Positions 27,827-37,834 of a stretch of 64,000 nucleotides of DNA are shown one piece after another. The notes beneath the pieces were generated by a model that saw only the letters and a program-made list of their open reading frames with translations, was not told the DNA's origin and did no database searches. Made by a program: the position numbers and the translations under genes. Origin of the DNA: a virus; the IMG/VR virus record IMGVR_UViG_3300049719_000183, positions 1 to 64,000 of that record; one strand, given 5' to 3'. Within the stretch, counting starts at the first letter, position 1, and the number at the start of each line of letters is the position of its first letter.

Positions 27827-29139
27827 TGCCAACCCTCCGAGCAAAGGGTCCCAAGGACGTGATGACTCGCGTCCTGACGAAGCTCCAGCCCCCTCAGGGC
27901 CGTGGCACAAAGCGTCCCTACGAGGTGACACGGTCTTCTCAGTCGCCCCTTCTGTCGGGCATCAAGTACATTCTCCAGACGGGTATCGAGCCCATTGACG
28001 AGTATACCGGCGGCTTCCCCTTCGGCAGGTTGGTGGAAGTGTACGGCGTGGAGGCCTGTGGCAAGACCGCCCTATGCCTACGTTGCTGCGTTCGTGCTCA
28101 GCAGCATTACATCTACCAGCGCATCATCAACCCTGACACCAAGGACATCACCTATGAGCGTGTTGATGAAAAGTGCGAGGTGGTGCTTCTCTACATCGAC
28201 AATGAGCAGTCGTTAGACGAGGGGGCCAAGGTGATCGTGGACGGCACGGAGATCGACGCCCTGGTGGCTCGCTGTGACACCATCGATCAGATTTTCAAGA
28301 TGGTGGATGACACTATCACCACCGTGGAGACCATCAGGGAAGAGGATGAGGCTGCGGCTAGGAAGAAGGCCAAGGACAGCAAGGAGCCGTATGTTGAGCC
28401 TCTGGCTTCTTTCATTGTGGTGGTCGTGGACACCATAGCGGGCACCTCCACTCAGTCGGACATGGACGCCGAGTGGGGCACGCAGGATTACCCCAGGCTT
28501 CCCCAGCAGTTGAAACGGGCCTTCTCACAGATGACGAGGAAGATCAACCGCAACAATGTCCTTTTCATCGCCACGAACCAGGTGGGTGACACTTTCAAGG
28601 CCAAGAAAAAGACCTTTGTGAACCCTTATGCCCTGGATCTGCCCCGTCCGGAGGACTTCAAGTCGCCGGGCGGCAGGGCTATCAAGTTCTTCGCCACGCT
28701 CCGCATCTTCATGTTCCCCGTGAACCTGGCGTTCAAGCTCTCGAAGCATCACGCCAACCCTGACGGTTTCACGGCAGGATTCATCACGGTGAAGAACCGC
28801 ACGGTGAAACCCTATCGAGAGGGCAGGTTCACTCTGCTGTACGACGGCGGTCTGAGCAATGTGTTCAGCGTCCTCGAAACGATGCTCAAATGCAAGGTGG
28901 CTGCCCGGGGAGAGAAGGGCATCATTGAGTTCCGCTTCCATGCCCATGGGCTAAAGCCGACCAGCTTCCCAGGTCTGAAGGAAAACGAAAATCCCGAGCT
29001 GGAAGACGGGAATGGGGCGTGGCCAGCATTCTATCAGGATCACTTCGATGACATGCGCCTTCTATGGAACAGGGCCATCGAACTCACCTTCAACGAGGCC
29101 AATGCAGTGGCCGCTGACGACGACGAACTTCAATCATGA
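27826..29139 (+). CDS. RecA/UvsX-like recombinase
   Basis: GGFPFGRLVEVYGVEACGKT, YIDNEQS, VVDTIAG, ATNQV, PGGRAIKFFATLR and KNR motifs. Confidence 0.92.
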   Translation: MPTLRAKGPKDVMTRVLTKLQPPQGRGTKRPYEVTRSSQSPLLSGIKYILQTGIEPIDEYTGGFPFGRLVEVYGVEACGKTALCLRCCVRAQQHYIYQRIINPDTKDITYERVDEKCEVVLLYIDNEQSLDEGAKVIVDGTEIDALVARCDTIDQIFKMVDDTITTVETIREEDEAAARKKAKDSKEPYVEPLASFIVVVVDTIAGTSTQSDMDAEWGTQDYPRLPQQLKRAFSQMTRKINRNNVLFIATNQVGDTFKAKKKTFVNPYALDLPRPEDFKSPGGRAIKFFATLRIFMFPVNLAFKLSKHHANPDGFTAGFITVKNRTVKPYREGRFTLLYDGGLSNVFSVLETMLKCKVAARGEKGIIEFRFHAHGLKPTSFPGLKENENPELEDGNGAWPAFYQDHFDDMRLLWNRAIELTFNEANAVAADDDELQS

Positions 29140-29837
29140 GCAACCCACCCAATGTGAATTACATCAAGGCGAGCATGGTGCTCAACTATCTCGCCCGAGA
29201 TGAACAAATCAACGCCCTCCTCGGTCCCGATGAGGTGACTGTCACCAAGAAAGGTGGAGAGGCCTTCCTTTTCCCGCAAGCGGTGATCGACGTGCTGGAG
29301 GCCATCGGAGCCGCTGGCAAGGACCCGACCACGATGACAAAGGACGCCATCCTGTCCTATGCCCGGGCCGTCATGATCGGTGAGGCGGCTGCAGAAACGC
29401 CCGTAGAACCCCCAGCAGAGGCAGCCGCTGTCGAAGTTGAGACCGAAGCGCCACCGCCTCCCCCGCCTGCTCCGAAGCCTGCTCCACGTCCTGCGGTGCG
29501 CACGCGCACACCCCCACCGAGGCCCCCTGCACCGGCGGTGGCTGCACCGCCCGTCACCGTGGCCCCTGCAACGCCCCCGGTTCCCGAGGTCGTGCGTCTT
29601 AGCCCTGTTGCGGTAACGCCGCCTGTCGCCGCTGTGCCTGTACCTGTCGCTGTTCCCGTGGCAGCGCCTGCAGAGCCCACAGCACAGCATCTCAAGCAGA
29701 GTGCTGGTTACGTCATCTTCCATCTCGTGGCTGGAGCCCACAAGTTTGCCGTCGAGCACGATACGGCCCCGGGTTTCGAGGCCCGCCGCCAGAGGCTCAA
29801 GCAACTGTTCGAGGACTACATCGTATTCGTCAATTAG
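29136..29837 (+). CDS. Pro/Ala-rich hypothetical protein
   Basis: ATGA-coupled to the RecA-like gene. Confidence 0.6.
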   Translation: MSNPPNVNYIKASMVLNYLARDEQINALLGPDEVTVTKKGGEAFLFPQAVIDVLEAIGAAGKDPTTMTKDAILSYARAVMIGEAAAETPVEPPAEAAAVEVETEAPPPPPPAPKPAPRPAVRTRTPPPRPPAPAVAAPPVTVAPATPPVPEVVRLSPVAVTPPVAAVPVPVAVPVAAPAEPTAQHLKQSAGYVIFHLVAGAHKFAVEHDTAPGFEARRQRLKQLFEDYIVFVN

Positions 29838-29877
29838 TGTAAACAGTTCTGGCGTGGTTCTTAAGGGGTGGTCGTCT

Positions 29878-30984
29878 GTGAGCGACCACCCCTTTCCCAT
29901 GGATGACACAGACCCCCTAGCACCCGAGAAGCCGAAGCCAACCGGCCAACATATCTTTGACAACACCCACCTGGAGGAGGTGGCCAAGGAGTGGAAGAAG
30001 ATGGTGGCACAGAATCGTCGCAACGAGGCGATGCCCCTGCTGGAGGAGCTGATCAAGGGTTGCCAGGACATGCTCCCGAGACTGGCTCAGCATGAGGGCT
30101 TCCATCTGACGACGGACGTGGACACCCTGAACGCTGCTGCCAACTCCAAGATAGAGGGCTGGCTGATGGCCTGGAAGCCTGACTACAAAAACGCCACTAC
30201 ACAGAAGGCGGCGGCCCATGGGCTATTTTCCTTCTTGTCCAAATGCGCCAAGAACGCTTTCCGGAGCGAAGTGTCGAAGGTGAACCAGTACCGCAAGCAC
30301 TTTTATGCCACGGGAGAGAACCTGGAGAAGTTTTACGGTGAGTCCGACTACCACAAGTTCAAGGACGAGGCTACTCAGGAGGTGCGGAGTCACCTCAAGG
30401 ATCTGGTCGTGCGGTGGGGCATTGAACAGGAGATCGGGTGTGTGCGCTTCATCCTGGAGAGCATCACAGAAGAGAAGCCGCCAGGTGTAAACGAGGACGA
30501 GAGCGCCACGGAAACTCGCGAGCGCATCATTCGCAGTGCAGCCTATGCCTGGTGCGTGAGCCCTGATATGGCCAAGTTTTTCTACAGCTGGGCGGTGTAC
30601 GCTCTCAGGGACGCTCTGTACAAGAAAGCCTACCCGCCCTTCAGCGAGGAGGATATACTGAGGCACGCGGAAACGTACACCCATCTGCCTGATCTGATGG
30701 ACATCATCGGGTGGGAGAAATTCAAGCACGTCATCGCCACGCTGGGTGGAACTCGCATCAAGTTGCCCACGATGCAGCAGCTTGGCAGGCTGCATGAAAA
30801 CTACAGACTGTCACAGGCTATCAAGGACGAGGGGGAAGATCCAGACACTGTGGAGCGTGTAGGAAAAAGGTCTGGACGCAGTCAGAAGACAGCGCAACAG
30901 GTTTATTTGGAGATGAGCGAAGTTCTTGACCATAAGAGGTGTGGAGAACATCCCGTATTCGCAGACGACGACTCAATGGAATAA
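29878..30984 (+). CDS. phage sigma factor (gp55/region-2-like) with Mor-like C-terminal segment
   Basis: WKPDY..GLFSFLSKCAKNAFRSEV resembles sigma region 2; HVIATLGGTRIKLP resembles the Mor GG..IY.P motif, followed by an HTH-like segment. Confidence 0.55.
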   Translation: MSDHPFPMDDTDPLAPEKPKPTGQHIFDNTHLEEVAKEWKKMVAQNRRNEAMPLLEELIKGCQDMLPRLAQHEGFHLTTDVDTLNAAANSKIEGWLMAWKPDYKNATTQKAAAHGLFSFLSKCAKNAFRSEVSKVNQYRKHFYATGENLEKFYGESDYHKFKDEATQEVRSHLKDLVVRWGIEQEIGCVRFILESITEEKPPGVNEDESATETRERIIRSAAYAWCVSPDMAKFFYSWAVYALRDALYKKAYPPFSEEDILRHAETYTHLPDLMDIIGWEKFKHVIATLGGTRIKLPTMQQLGRLHENYRLSQAIKDEGEDPDTVERVGKRSGRSQKTAQQVYLEMSEVLDHKRCGEHPVFADDDSME

Positions 30985-30998
30985 CCCTTCAGTCCGAC

Positions 30999-31516
30999 TT
31001 GACGGGGGCAAAGTCATCCGAGTTGGAGCAACGTGTGTCGAACTTGGAGGTGAATCAGGCACGGTTCGCCGAGGGCTTGGCCCACCTTGAGGAAGAGATG
31101 GTCAACACCAGCGAGTTCGACACGTTGATCACCGAGGAGATAGATGAGCTACGCAAGGCCCTGGTCAAGGTGAACGCATCACGGACACCCCTGGACCAAC
31201 TGCTGGCCACACCTCCGAGAAAGGCATCGGAGCACCAAGGCAACGGAGTCGTCACCGTGGCCATCATCGGCATGCGCGATCGCGACTCGGCGGTTGTGAA
31301 CGCGCGGCTGAAGAACCTGCCAGGCACCGACAACCTCGACCTGCGTTTCATCCCGTCCACACGGTCCCCATTCGAGCTGAGCGTTGACTACACTCTTGTC
31401 AGGCCAAGAAGGCGGTGAAGGACAGGGCCAACTGCATCTTCCTTGGTCATACGGGCATCTCCCGGCTGACAGAGGAACTGCAGAAGATCTCCGCAGTGGA
31501 AAGCAACGCCCCCTAG
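30999..31516 (+). pseudogene. coiled-coil + DUF2325-like protein broken by a frameshift near 31398
   Basis: VAIIG..VDYTLV continues in another frame as QAKKAVKDRANCIFLGHTGISRLTEELQK*; start position uncertain. Confidence 0.45.
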
Positions 31517-31533
31517 TTAGAGCGGGGGTACGA

Positions 31534-31578
31534 AAGCAAGCGAACGGGCGTCCTCTTAGTGGGGCGCCCGTTTTGCTT
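31534..31578. terminator. hairpin between convergent genes
   Basis: AACGGGCGTCCT/GGGGCGCCCGTT stem extended by AAGCAA/TTGCTT. Confidence 0.55.
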
Positions 31579-31663
31579 CCGAGCGGCTATCGCCCACGCT
31601 GACGCTACGATACACTTGAAGAAGAAATCGGCTGAACCGTATTCAGGCTCAGGCTCAACCACT

Positions 31664-32092
31664 TCAATCGGAGCCAGTTTCTTCGACCGGCTCATCAAAG
31701 CGTAGTCCGAATTGGCGTTGTTTGCCTGCCCTGTGGCGTTCCATGTCTCGCTGAGCCTCGATGGAACACCGTGCGAACGGGAGAGCCCTTAGACGGGCCA
31801 CGGGGATGAGCTTGCCTGTCACCTCACAGATGCCGTAGGTCTCGCTCTTTATCCTGGATATGGCCTCGTCTATGTCACGCAGAGTTTCGTACGTCATCTC
31901 GTTGACGTTCATGTCGAGGTTGCTCTGCTCGTCGGCGAGAGCCAGGTCCCCGAAGTCGCGGCCCGCCGTCTTGTCGAACGGGGTGATTATGCGCAACTGT
32001 TCAGACACCTGTTGCCGAAGCACCAGGAGGGCGCGTCTCTGATCAGCAAGGAACTTATACGAGTGAGTGCGACTCAAGAGGGTTTGTTTCAT
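31664..32092 (-). CDS. dksA: DksA/TraR-family transcription factor
   Basis: DFGDLA (DxxDxA tip); IDEAISRI..YGICEVTGKLIPVARLRALPFARCSIEAQ. Confidence 0.9.
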   Translation of the reverse strand: MKQTLLSRTHSYKFLADQRRALLVLRQQVSEQLRIITPFDKTAGRDFGDLALADEQSNLDMNVNEMTYETLRDIDEAISRIKSETYGICEVTGKLIPVARLRALPFARCSIEAQRDMERHRAGKQRQFGLRFDEPVEETGSD

Positions 32093-32285
32093 CGTGGAAT
32101 GAGACCCGTGAGGATCCAATGGCAAGTTTCACAGTGCCCAGTTCCACAGTCATCCACGTCACACCGAACTCTCCGAGGTCATCTGAGATGGCCTGGAAGT
32201 CCAGTTGGCATGTCCTTTCAATTTTCTCTAGGTGGGCGGCAACCCGCTCGCGTACGTTTGATGGCAATACAGATGAAGGAGTCAC
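32055..32285 (-). CDS. hypothetical protein
   Basis: 76-aa ORF upstream of dksA. Confidence 0.45.
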   Translation of the reverse strand: MTPSSVLPSNVRERVAAHLEKIERTCQLDFQAISDDLGEFGVTWMTVELGTVKLAIGSSRVSFHDETNPLESHSLV

Positions 32286-32351
32286 TGGGTAGATACCGAG
32301 CTTCGGTTCGTGTTGAAGAACACGACCGATTTTCTATCAGTTTACACCAGG

Positions 32352-32786
32352 CTATCTGGTATCTTCAACCATCATGGCCTGCTGCCGAGTCTCAACCGTC
32401 GTCAGGCGGTGCTCAAATCCGACAAGGGTACCCATCAACTTATCCTGCCTGTGCTCGGCGGCGGCGTCGAGCTTGGCAACTGCTTTCTCCAGGTTACCCA
32501 GGGCTACCGTGAGCTGTCCCATTGGGCCAGTGGTGAACAGGTCAAATTTCTGACCTTGCTCGTTTATTTTCATCGTGATCTCCTGCCGTTTCTCCTCGTG
32601 GTCCGCTGCGACACGGTCCCGCTCGTCCTTGTCTCTTGTCCGCATTTCGTGAAAGGCCTTTTTGCGAAGATAGGTGGTATCCAGCACCCATATCGCAGCC
32701 CCCGCAAGGATGATGAGGATGCTGATCGCAGCAAAGATCTCCGTGGGGGGAAAGGTGAGCGGTTGTTCTGTGACTGCGAGGATCAT
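32352..32786 (-). CDS. single-TM coiled-coil protein (lysis/holin-like possible)
   Basis: One TM helix followed by a coiled coil; TAGTTA upstream. Confidence 0.55.
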   Translation of the reverse strand: MILAVTEQPLTFPPTEIFAAISILIILAGAAIWVLDTTYLRKKAFHEMRTRDKDERDRVAADHEEKRQEITMKINEQGQKFDLFTTGPMGQLTVALGNLEKAVAKLDAAAEHRQDKLMGTLVGFEHRLTTVETRQQAMMVEDTR

Positions 32787-32811
32787 AGTGTTCTAAGGAT
32801 AACTACTAATC

Positions 32812-33459
32812 ATGAGCGAACCTACAACCCATACTCTTGCCATCACCAACGGTGCAGCCAACCTTCTGGCTCTCTTGCTCAACCAGGACGGTTGGGTGAA
32901 AGGCGTTGATGAGCTTATCATTACGGGAGACCTCTTGAAGGACCTCCCTGACGAGCGTCCCATAGAAGACGCTGATACGTGGGATAAGCAGCCGTTTACG
33001 GCTGAGATTTCAGCCAAGCAGTTCAAGGCAGCCAAGCACTGCTTCACGGCCATCGCCGAGAAAGGCAATCTTTCGGCAAATCAGAATGTGCTCCTGCTAG
33101 CCGAAGTGTTGGGGTTCACCATCCCTCAGACGGAGCCTTCTATCTCGATCACGTTGCCCCAGATTTCGGCCAAGTACCTGGCCGATATTTTCACCATGCA
33201 AGGGAAGGTGAAGAAGGTGGAGGACCTCATCGACGCATGCCAGGTGAACTCGAAAATTCCTGTACTGGACGGAGCCTTGATGGAGAAGGGTCGCGAGCGT
33301 GATCTCCGAGCGTGGATGGAAACCTCCTGCGAGTTACTGATAACTGATCGGCAGCGTGACACCTGTCGCCAGGTGCTCAAGGCTGCAGCCGAAGGCGGCG
33401 ACGTGAAGGCGAACAAGTACATTCCCGTCCTCTACACGGAGTTTGGCCTGCGTGAGTGA
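32812..33459 (+). CDS. hypothetical protein with internal two-fold repeat
   Basis: GWVKGVDELI/GKVKKVEDLI and AEKGNLSAN/AEGGDVKAN pairs; both halves end in FG-type motifs. Confidence 0.65.
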   Translation: MSEPTTHTLAITNGAANLLALLLNQDGWVKGVDELIITGDLLKDLPDERPIEDADTWDKQPFTAEISAKQFKAAKHCFTAIAEKGNLSANQNVLLLAEVLGFTIPQTEPSISITLPQISAKYLADIFTMQGKVKKVEDLIDACQVNSKIPVLDGALMEKGRERDLRAWMETSCELLITDRQRDTCRQVLKAAAEGGDVKANKYIPVLYTEFGLRE

Positions 33460-33492
33460 GGGATCTGGGCCTCCCTCTAGGCCTAGTTAGGC

Positions 33493-33783
33493 GTGGCCTT
33501 CAACGTCGTATTCGTAAACAACACTTCGGGGAACCCGGACTCCTATTCCTGGGACTTCGGTGATTTGAGCAGCAGCACGCAGCCCAACCCCACCCATACG
33601 TATGTGGCCAGCGGCCTGTATGTGGTCAGGCTGACGGCTACCAAGAACGGCGTTTCTTCCACGATTGCCAAAGCTGTCCCCATTCAGGCTGGCACAGTTG
33701 GTTTCACGTTGATGACCAACAACGCCGGTGCTGTTCTGACCACCCCTCTCACGTCCAACCAGATTGCAGCCATTGTGGGGTAG
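33493..33783 (+). CDS. PKD-domain virion protein
   Basis: SYSWDFGD..PNPTHTY..GLYVVRLT. Confidence 0.85.
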   Translation: MAFNVVFVNNTSGNPDSYSWDFGDLSSSTQPNPTHTYVASGLYVVRLTATKNGVSSTIAKAVPIQAGTVGFTLMTNNAGAVLTTPLTSNQIAAIVG

Positions 33784-33802
33784 TTGCCTCCCTAGTTAGG
33801 GC

Positions 33803-36223
33803 ATGGCGACGATCCTAACATCCAACCTCACTCCCGTTTCGCTTCTTGCTGCGACGGACAGTGTCGTTGTTCAGCCTCTTGGTGGTGATACGTCGAAGAT
33901 CACTCTCAGTGCGTTGGCGAACTCTGTGTTGACGGTGATAAATGCCGGTGGAGCAACAGGTTTCAACCTGGGCACCGCCAACCTGACAGGCATTCTTGGG
34001 TCGGCATTCATTGGCAGCATCAACGGCAGCATCATCCAGGCGGGTAGCATCACCGCCAACCAGATTGGCAGCATCAACGGTGGCGTCATTCAGGCGGGCA
34101 CCATACAAGCGACTGCCATTGGCAGCATCAACGGTGGCGTCATTCAGGCGGGAACGATTGCGGCGGCTGCCATTGGCAGCATCAACGGTGGCGTCATTCA
34201 GGCGGGCACCATACAAGCGACTGCCATTGGCAGCATCAACGGTGGAATAATCCAAAATGGCACGATACTGTCGGCAGCCATAGCGAGCATCAACGGGGGA
34301 ATTATCCAGGCGGGCACCATTCAGTCAGGGTCCATTGCCAGCATCAACGGGGGAATTATCCAGGCGGGCACCATCACCTCCACGCAGGTCGGCTCGATCA
34401 ACGGCAGCCTCATTACGGCAGGTACCATCACGACGACGCAGCTGGGTTCGATCAACGGCAGCGTCATCCAGGTGGGCACCATCACCTCTGGTCAGATTGC
34501 CAGCATCAACGCCAACACGATCACCAGCGGCACCATTTCGGCAGGTCAGGGAGTGAGCATCAACGCCAACGCCATCAACGTGGGTGTGATCCTCACCAGT
34601 CAGCTTGCAGCGGGCATCATGAACTCGCTTGCCCTGCTTTCCAATAACCTGAACGTGGTGCAGACGGTAACCTCTCTGCCCTCGGTGCCGAACGCCAACT
34701 ACCCGGCGGGCTCCCTGGTGCTGCTGACCACGACCAACACGCTGTACCAGTGCAACGTGGCGGGAACGGGATGGGTGGCAACGACGGCCTCCAGCACGAT
34801 CACGGGTTACATCCAGCAGAGCGACATCACCAGTGTTAACTGCAGCGTGTTGAACGGCGTCATTGCGGCAGCCAGGATAACCAGCGTCAACGCAGCGGCC
34901 ATCAACGGCACCATAATGGTGGGTGGAGGCTGCAACATTCAGGCAGGCGTTCTGACAGGATCCATCTCGGCCAACACCGTAAACATCGATGCCACAAACA
35001 TCCAGGGATCTCTGTCTGCCGCCGTGATCAACAACATCACGATCTCACCCGGACAGATTGGTGCCGGTACGTTGCCCATTAACGTGCAGATTTCTGCGGG
35101 CAACCTCGGCAACTTGACTATTCCTGCCACCAACATCACCTCGGGCACCCTGGCCTCCACGGTGATGATTCAATCGGCCAACATTACCGGATGCACGATT
35201 GCCCTCAGCCAGCTTGGCGCAGGCACGCTGGCCTCCAACATAGCACTCTCTGCCACTGCCATTGGTAACATGACCATCGCGCCCACACAGCTTGGCGCAG
35301 GCACGCTGGCCTCCACGGTGATGATTCAATCGGCCAGCATTACCGGATGCACGATTGCCCTCAGCCAGCTTGGCGCAGGCACGCTGGCCTCCAACATAGC
35401 ACTCTCTGCCACTGCCATTGGTAACATGACCATCGCGCCCACACAGCTTGGCACAGGCACGATGCCCGTAGCGGTGACCGTACAGTCGGCGAGCATCAGT
35501 GGATGTTCCATTGCGCCCAGCCAGCTTGGCGCAGGCACAATGCCCGTAGCAGTGACCGTACAGTCGGCGAGCATCAGCGGATGTTCCATTGCGCCCAGCC
35601 AGATTGGCACAGGCATACTCTCTTCCAACGTTACTATTCAGACGGGTAGCATCAGTGGTCTCACCATTGCGCCTAGCCAGATTGGCTCCGGTTCGCTCAA
35701 CTCAAACGTGTTTATTTCCGCTGGTTCTGTGAACGGCACATTCAACAATTGTAGCTTTATTACAGGTTCAGGCTCAGGCCCAGGTGGACTCCAAACCTCC
35801 ATCACGTCGTCAGGCCTCTCCATGGGTTCCATTGTCATGGCAGGAGGAGGAAACCAGAACACCATCACCGTGGGTACCGGAGGCTCGTACACCGTGACGA
35901 TAGGGGGAGGAATTGCAGCCGGGTACATCAACATCGGCCCCGGGCCAAGCATAGCCCTTAACGCTTACTCACTCAGCACAATGAACTCGGGTCTGTCTGT
36001 GCAGTCGGGGTTGACAGCCACAGGGGGCCTCACCATCGACACATTGAAGTTCACAGGCTCTACGGGTGCTTCTGCACCTGGCACCGCGAATTACAGTTTC
36101 TGGCCAACTAGCGGCGGGGCCTACTATGGCACGGGCCAGTTCCCCTTCCTGGGCAACCCCACCGGCTGGTGCACATTTACAGACTCTGGTGGAGGCACCA
36201 AGCGTTTCCCCTACTACACTTGA
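33803..36223 (+). CDS. tail fibre protein with beta-repeat shaft
   Basis: 20-aa IGSINGGVIQAGTI repeats and 26-aa QLGAGTL repeats. Confidence 0.8.
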   Translation: MATILTSNLTPVSLLAATDSVVVQPLGGDTSKITLSALANSVLTVINAGGATGFNLGTANLTGILGSAFIGSINGSIIQAGSITANQIGSINGGVIQAGTIQATAIGSINGGVIQAGTIAAAAIGSINGGVIQAGTIQATAIGSINGGIIQNGTILSAAIASINGGIIQAGTIQSGSIASINGGIIQAGTITSTQVGSINGSLITAGTITTTQLGSINGSVIQVGTITSGQIASINANTITSGTISAGQGVSINANAINVGVILTSQLAAGIMNSLALLSNNLNVVQTVTSLPSVPNANYPAGSLVLLTTTNTLYQCNVAGTGWVATTASSTITGYIQQSDITSVNCSVLNGVIAAARITSVNAAAINGTIMVGGGCNIQAGVLTGSISANTVNIDATNIQGSLSAAVINNITISPGQIGAGTLPINVQISAGNLGNLTIPATNITSGTLASTVMIQSANITGCTIALSQLGAGTLASNIALSATAIGNMTIAPTQLGAGTLASTVMIQSASITGCTIALSQLGAGTLASNIALSATAIGNMTIAPTQLGTGTMPVAVTVQSASISGCSIAPSQLGAGTMPVAVTVQSASISGCSIAPSQIGTGILSSNVTIQTGSISGLTIAPSQIGSGSLNSNVFISAGSVNGTFNNCSFITGSGSGPGGLQTSITSSGLSMGSIVMAGGGNQNTITVGTGGSYTVTIGGGIAAGYINIGPGPSIALNAYSLSTMNSGLSVQSGLTATGGLTIDTLKFTGSTGASAPGTANYSFWPTSGGAYYGTGQFPFLGNPTGWCTFTDSGGGTKRFPYYT
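34010..34500 (+). repeat. 60-bp coding tandem repeats
   Basis: ATTGGCAGCATCAACGGTGGCGTCATTCAGGCGGG units. Confidence 0.85.
35150..35620 (+). repeat. 156-bp and 78-bp coding tandem repeats
   Basis: The unit starting at 35150 recurs almost exactly at 35306; 78-bp units follow. Confidence 0.85.
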
Positions 36224-36240
36224 CGCTGTTCTAGGAGAGG

Positions 36241-37560
36241 ATGGCAGAACGCAATCCTCCTCTTGTTACTTCCTGGGTGGTCGTCACGTTCAAGAAACCG
36301 CTCCAGTGGAGCCGCTGTGACGATGAGGTGTGGACGTTCAACCCGCACGTCCGCTACATCCTCAACCATCACCAGCTTGAGGGCCTGAAGCCCTTCATCG
36401 CCACAATCAGCGAGCTGAAGACGAGCGGCCAGTATCGTCAGCTTTCCTCCAGCACGCCGCTCCAGGGAGCCCACATCCTTATTGAGCGCTATCGTGACAG
36501 GGGCATCGGCGACTACCTGTTCCTGTCCGGCGTCCTCCAGTACATCTACGAGATGTCGGGTAGCACCTCGCTCATTGACCTGTACGCCCTCACTGACAGG
36601 GCCGGGGTGCTGCGTTTCCATCCTGCCCTGGGGAACACAGCGGGGGGTGAAGCATACGGACCCCTGGCAGGCCCCGTCCTCTACGACAGCCTCCCACATT
36701 ACACGGCCCATTGGTTCGTGGATCAGGTGACCGAGCACGTAGAAGAGCCAGACCAGCTGAATGTCTACGACCAGCTCTACCGCCAACTGAGCATCGATCC
36801 GAAGAATGTCTCACCGAGGTACAAGAGGCCCTACGTATACCTGGAAGTATCGGACTGGAGAGATTTGGACAGCATCTACGCCACCTGCTATGGTGCTCAG
36901 CAGGTGGACCTGCGGATGACTCCGTACATTGTGCTGTGCCCGGCCGCCTATGGTGCCCTCCGCAGCGCTCCCTACAGCCTGTGGTTGAACTTGGCTGCGG
37001 CCCTGGCTGACAAGTTTGTGGTGGTGCTCGTGGGCCGCACGACGGACCAGGGCCAGCTCCCAATGCCTGACATGACGTTCGGGGAATTTTATCAGCAGAT
37101 CGACGCCATGGCGAAGAAGAACCCAAAGCGCATCTTCAACCTCATCGGCCCCACTCCACTCCGTCCGATGATGGCGTTGGTGGCGAGGGCCACGGCTCTC
37201 GTGTCCCTTGACTCGGGGATGCTCTACGTGGCCCAGGCCTCAAGAGTGCCCGCTGTTTCCATGTGGGGCACACACGCACCACACGCACGCCTTCTCTATG
37301 ATGCTCCGTACATGCGCGGGGCGATTTGGAACCGACAGGCGTGCCCGTGTTCGCCGTGTTGGGCCTACGCGGGATTCCCTGAGTCCAAGTGTCCACAGGG
37401 AGCCTCGCAACGGGCCTGCGCCCCCATCGCTTCGGTGACTGTGGATGATGTCATGAAGAAGCTTGACGTGGTGCTCACCGATGTGGATGGAGCCCGTCCT
37501 GCCTTGCCTCTCAGCCCTTCTGACGCCATAAAGGTTGTGCCCGATACTCCTAATCCTTAA
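36241..37560 (+). CDS. glycosyltransferase family 9 (second copy)
   Basis: RGIGDYLF, VSLDSGMLYVAQA..PAVSMWG and CPCSPC..C..C motifs. Confidence 0.85.
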   Translation: MAERNPPLVTSWVVVTFKKPLQWSRCDDEVWTFNPHVRYILNHHQLEGLKPFIATISELKTSGQYRQLSSSTPLQGAHILIERYRDRGIGDYLFLSGVLQYIYEMSGSTSLIDLYALTDRAGVLRFHPALGNTAGGEAYGPLAGPVLYDSLPHYTAHWFVDQVTEHVEEPDQLNVYDQLYRQLSIDPKNVSPRYKRPYVYLEVSDWRDLDSIYATCYGAQQVDLRMTPYIVLCPAAYGALRSAPYSLWLNLAAALADKFVVVLVGRTTDQGQLPMPDMTFGEFYQQIDAMAKKNPKRIFNLIGPTPLRPMMALVARATALVSLDSGMLYVAQASRVPAVSMWGTHAPHARLLYDAPYMRGAIWNRQACPCSPCWAYAGFPESKCPQGASQRACAPIASVTVDDVMKKLDVVLTDVDGARPALPLSPSDAIKVVPDTPNP

Positions 37561-37777
37561 GGATTAAGGAACACTGTAAACAAATACTGTTTACAAAAAC
37601 AGTATTGGCCTTATGATGCGAGTCATGAGGTACGAAGTCGTTGTCGGAAACATCGGAACAGTGTACTCGGGATCCAATGAGCGCCAAGCTCAGAAGGATT
37701 ACGTCGAGTACGTCGAGCAGTCCAAAACCAACTATGGGCGGGCTGCGGGCGAGAGTGTAACCTTCTTCAAGGACGGT
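37120..37777 (+). repeat. source of an exact duplication: 37120-37175 and 37525-37777 are copied to 48818-49124
   Basis: 56-bp and 253-bp identical blocks. Confidence 0.95.
37590..37617 (+). promoter_or_regulatory. promoter TTTACA-N16-TATGAT with an upstream GTAAACA/TGTTTAC inverted repeat
   Basis: Marks the start of the early-type gene array. Confidence 0.7.
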
Positions 37778-37834
37778 GAGCCTACTCACTCGTTCGTCGG
37801 CTCCATCGAACAGGAGGCAGAGCAGTACGCATGA
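37625..37834 (+). CDS. small phage protein (YEVVVGNIGTVY type)
   Basis: Probably leaderless start at 37625. Confidence 0.7.
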   Translation: MRYEVVVGNIGTVYSGSNERQAQKDYVEYVEQSKTNYGRAAGESVTFFKDGEPTHSFVGSIEQEAEQYA

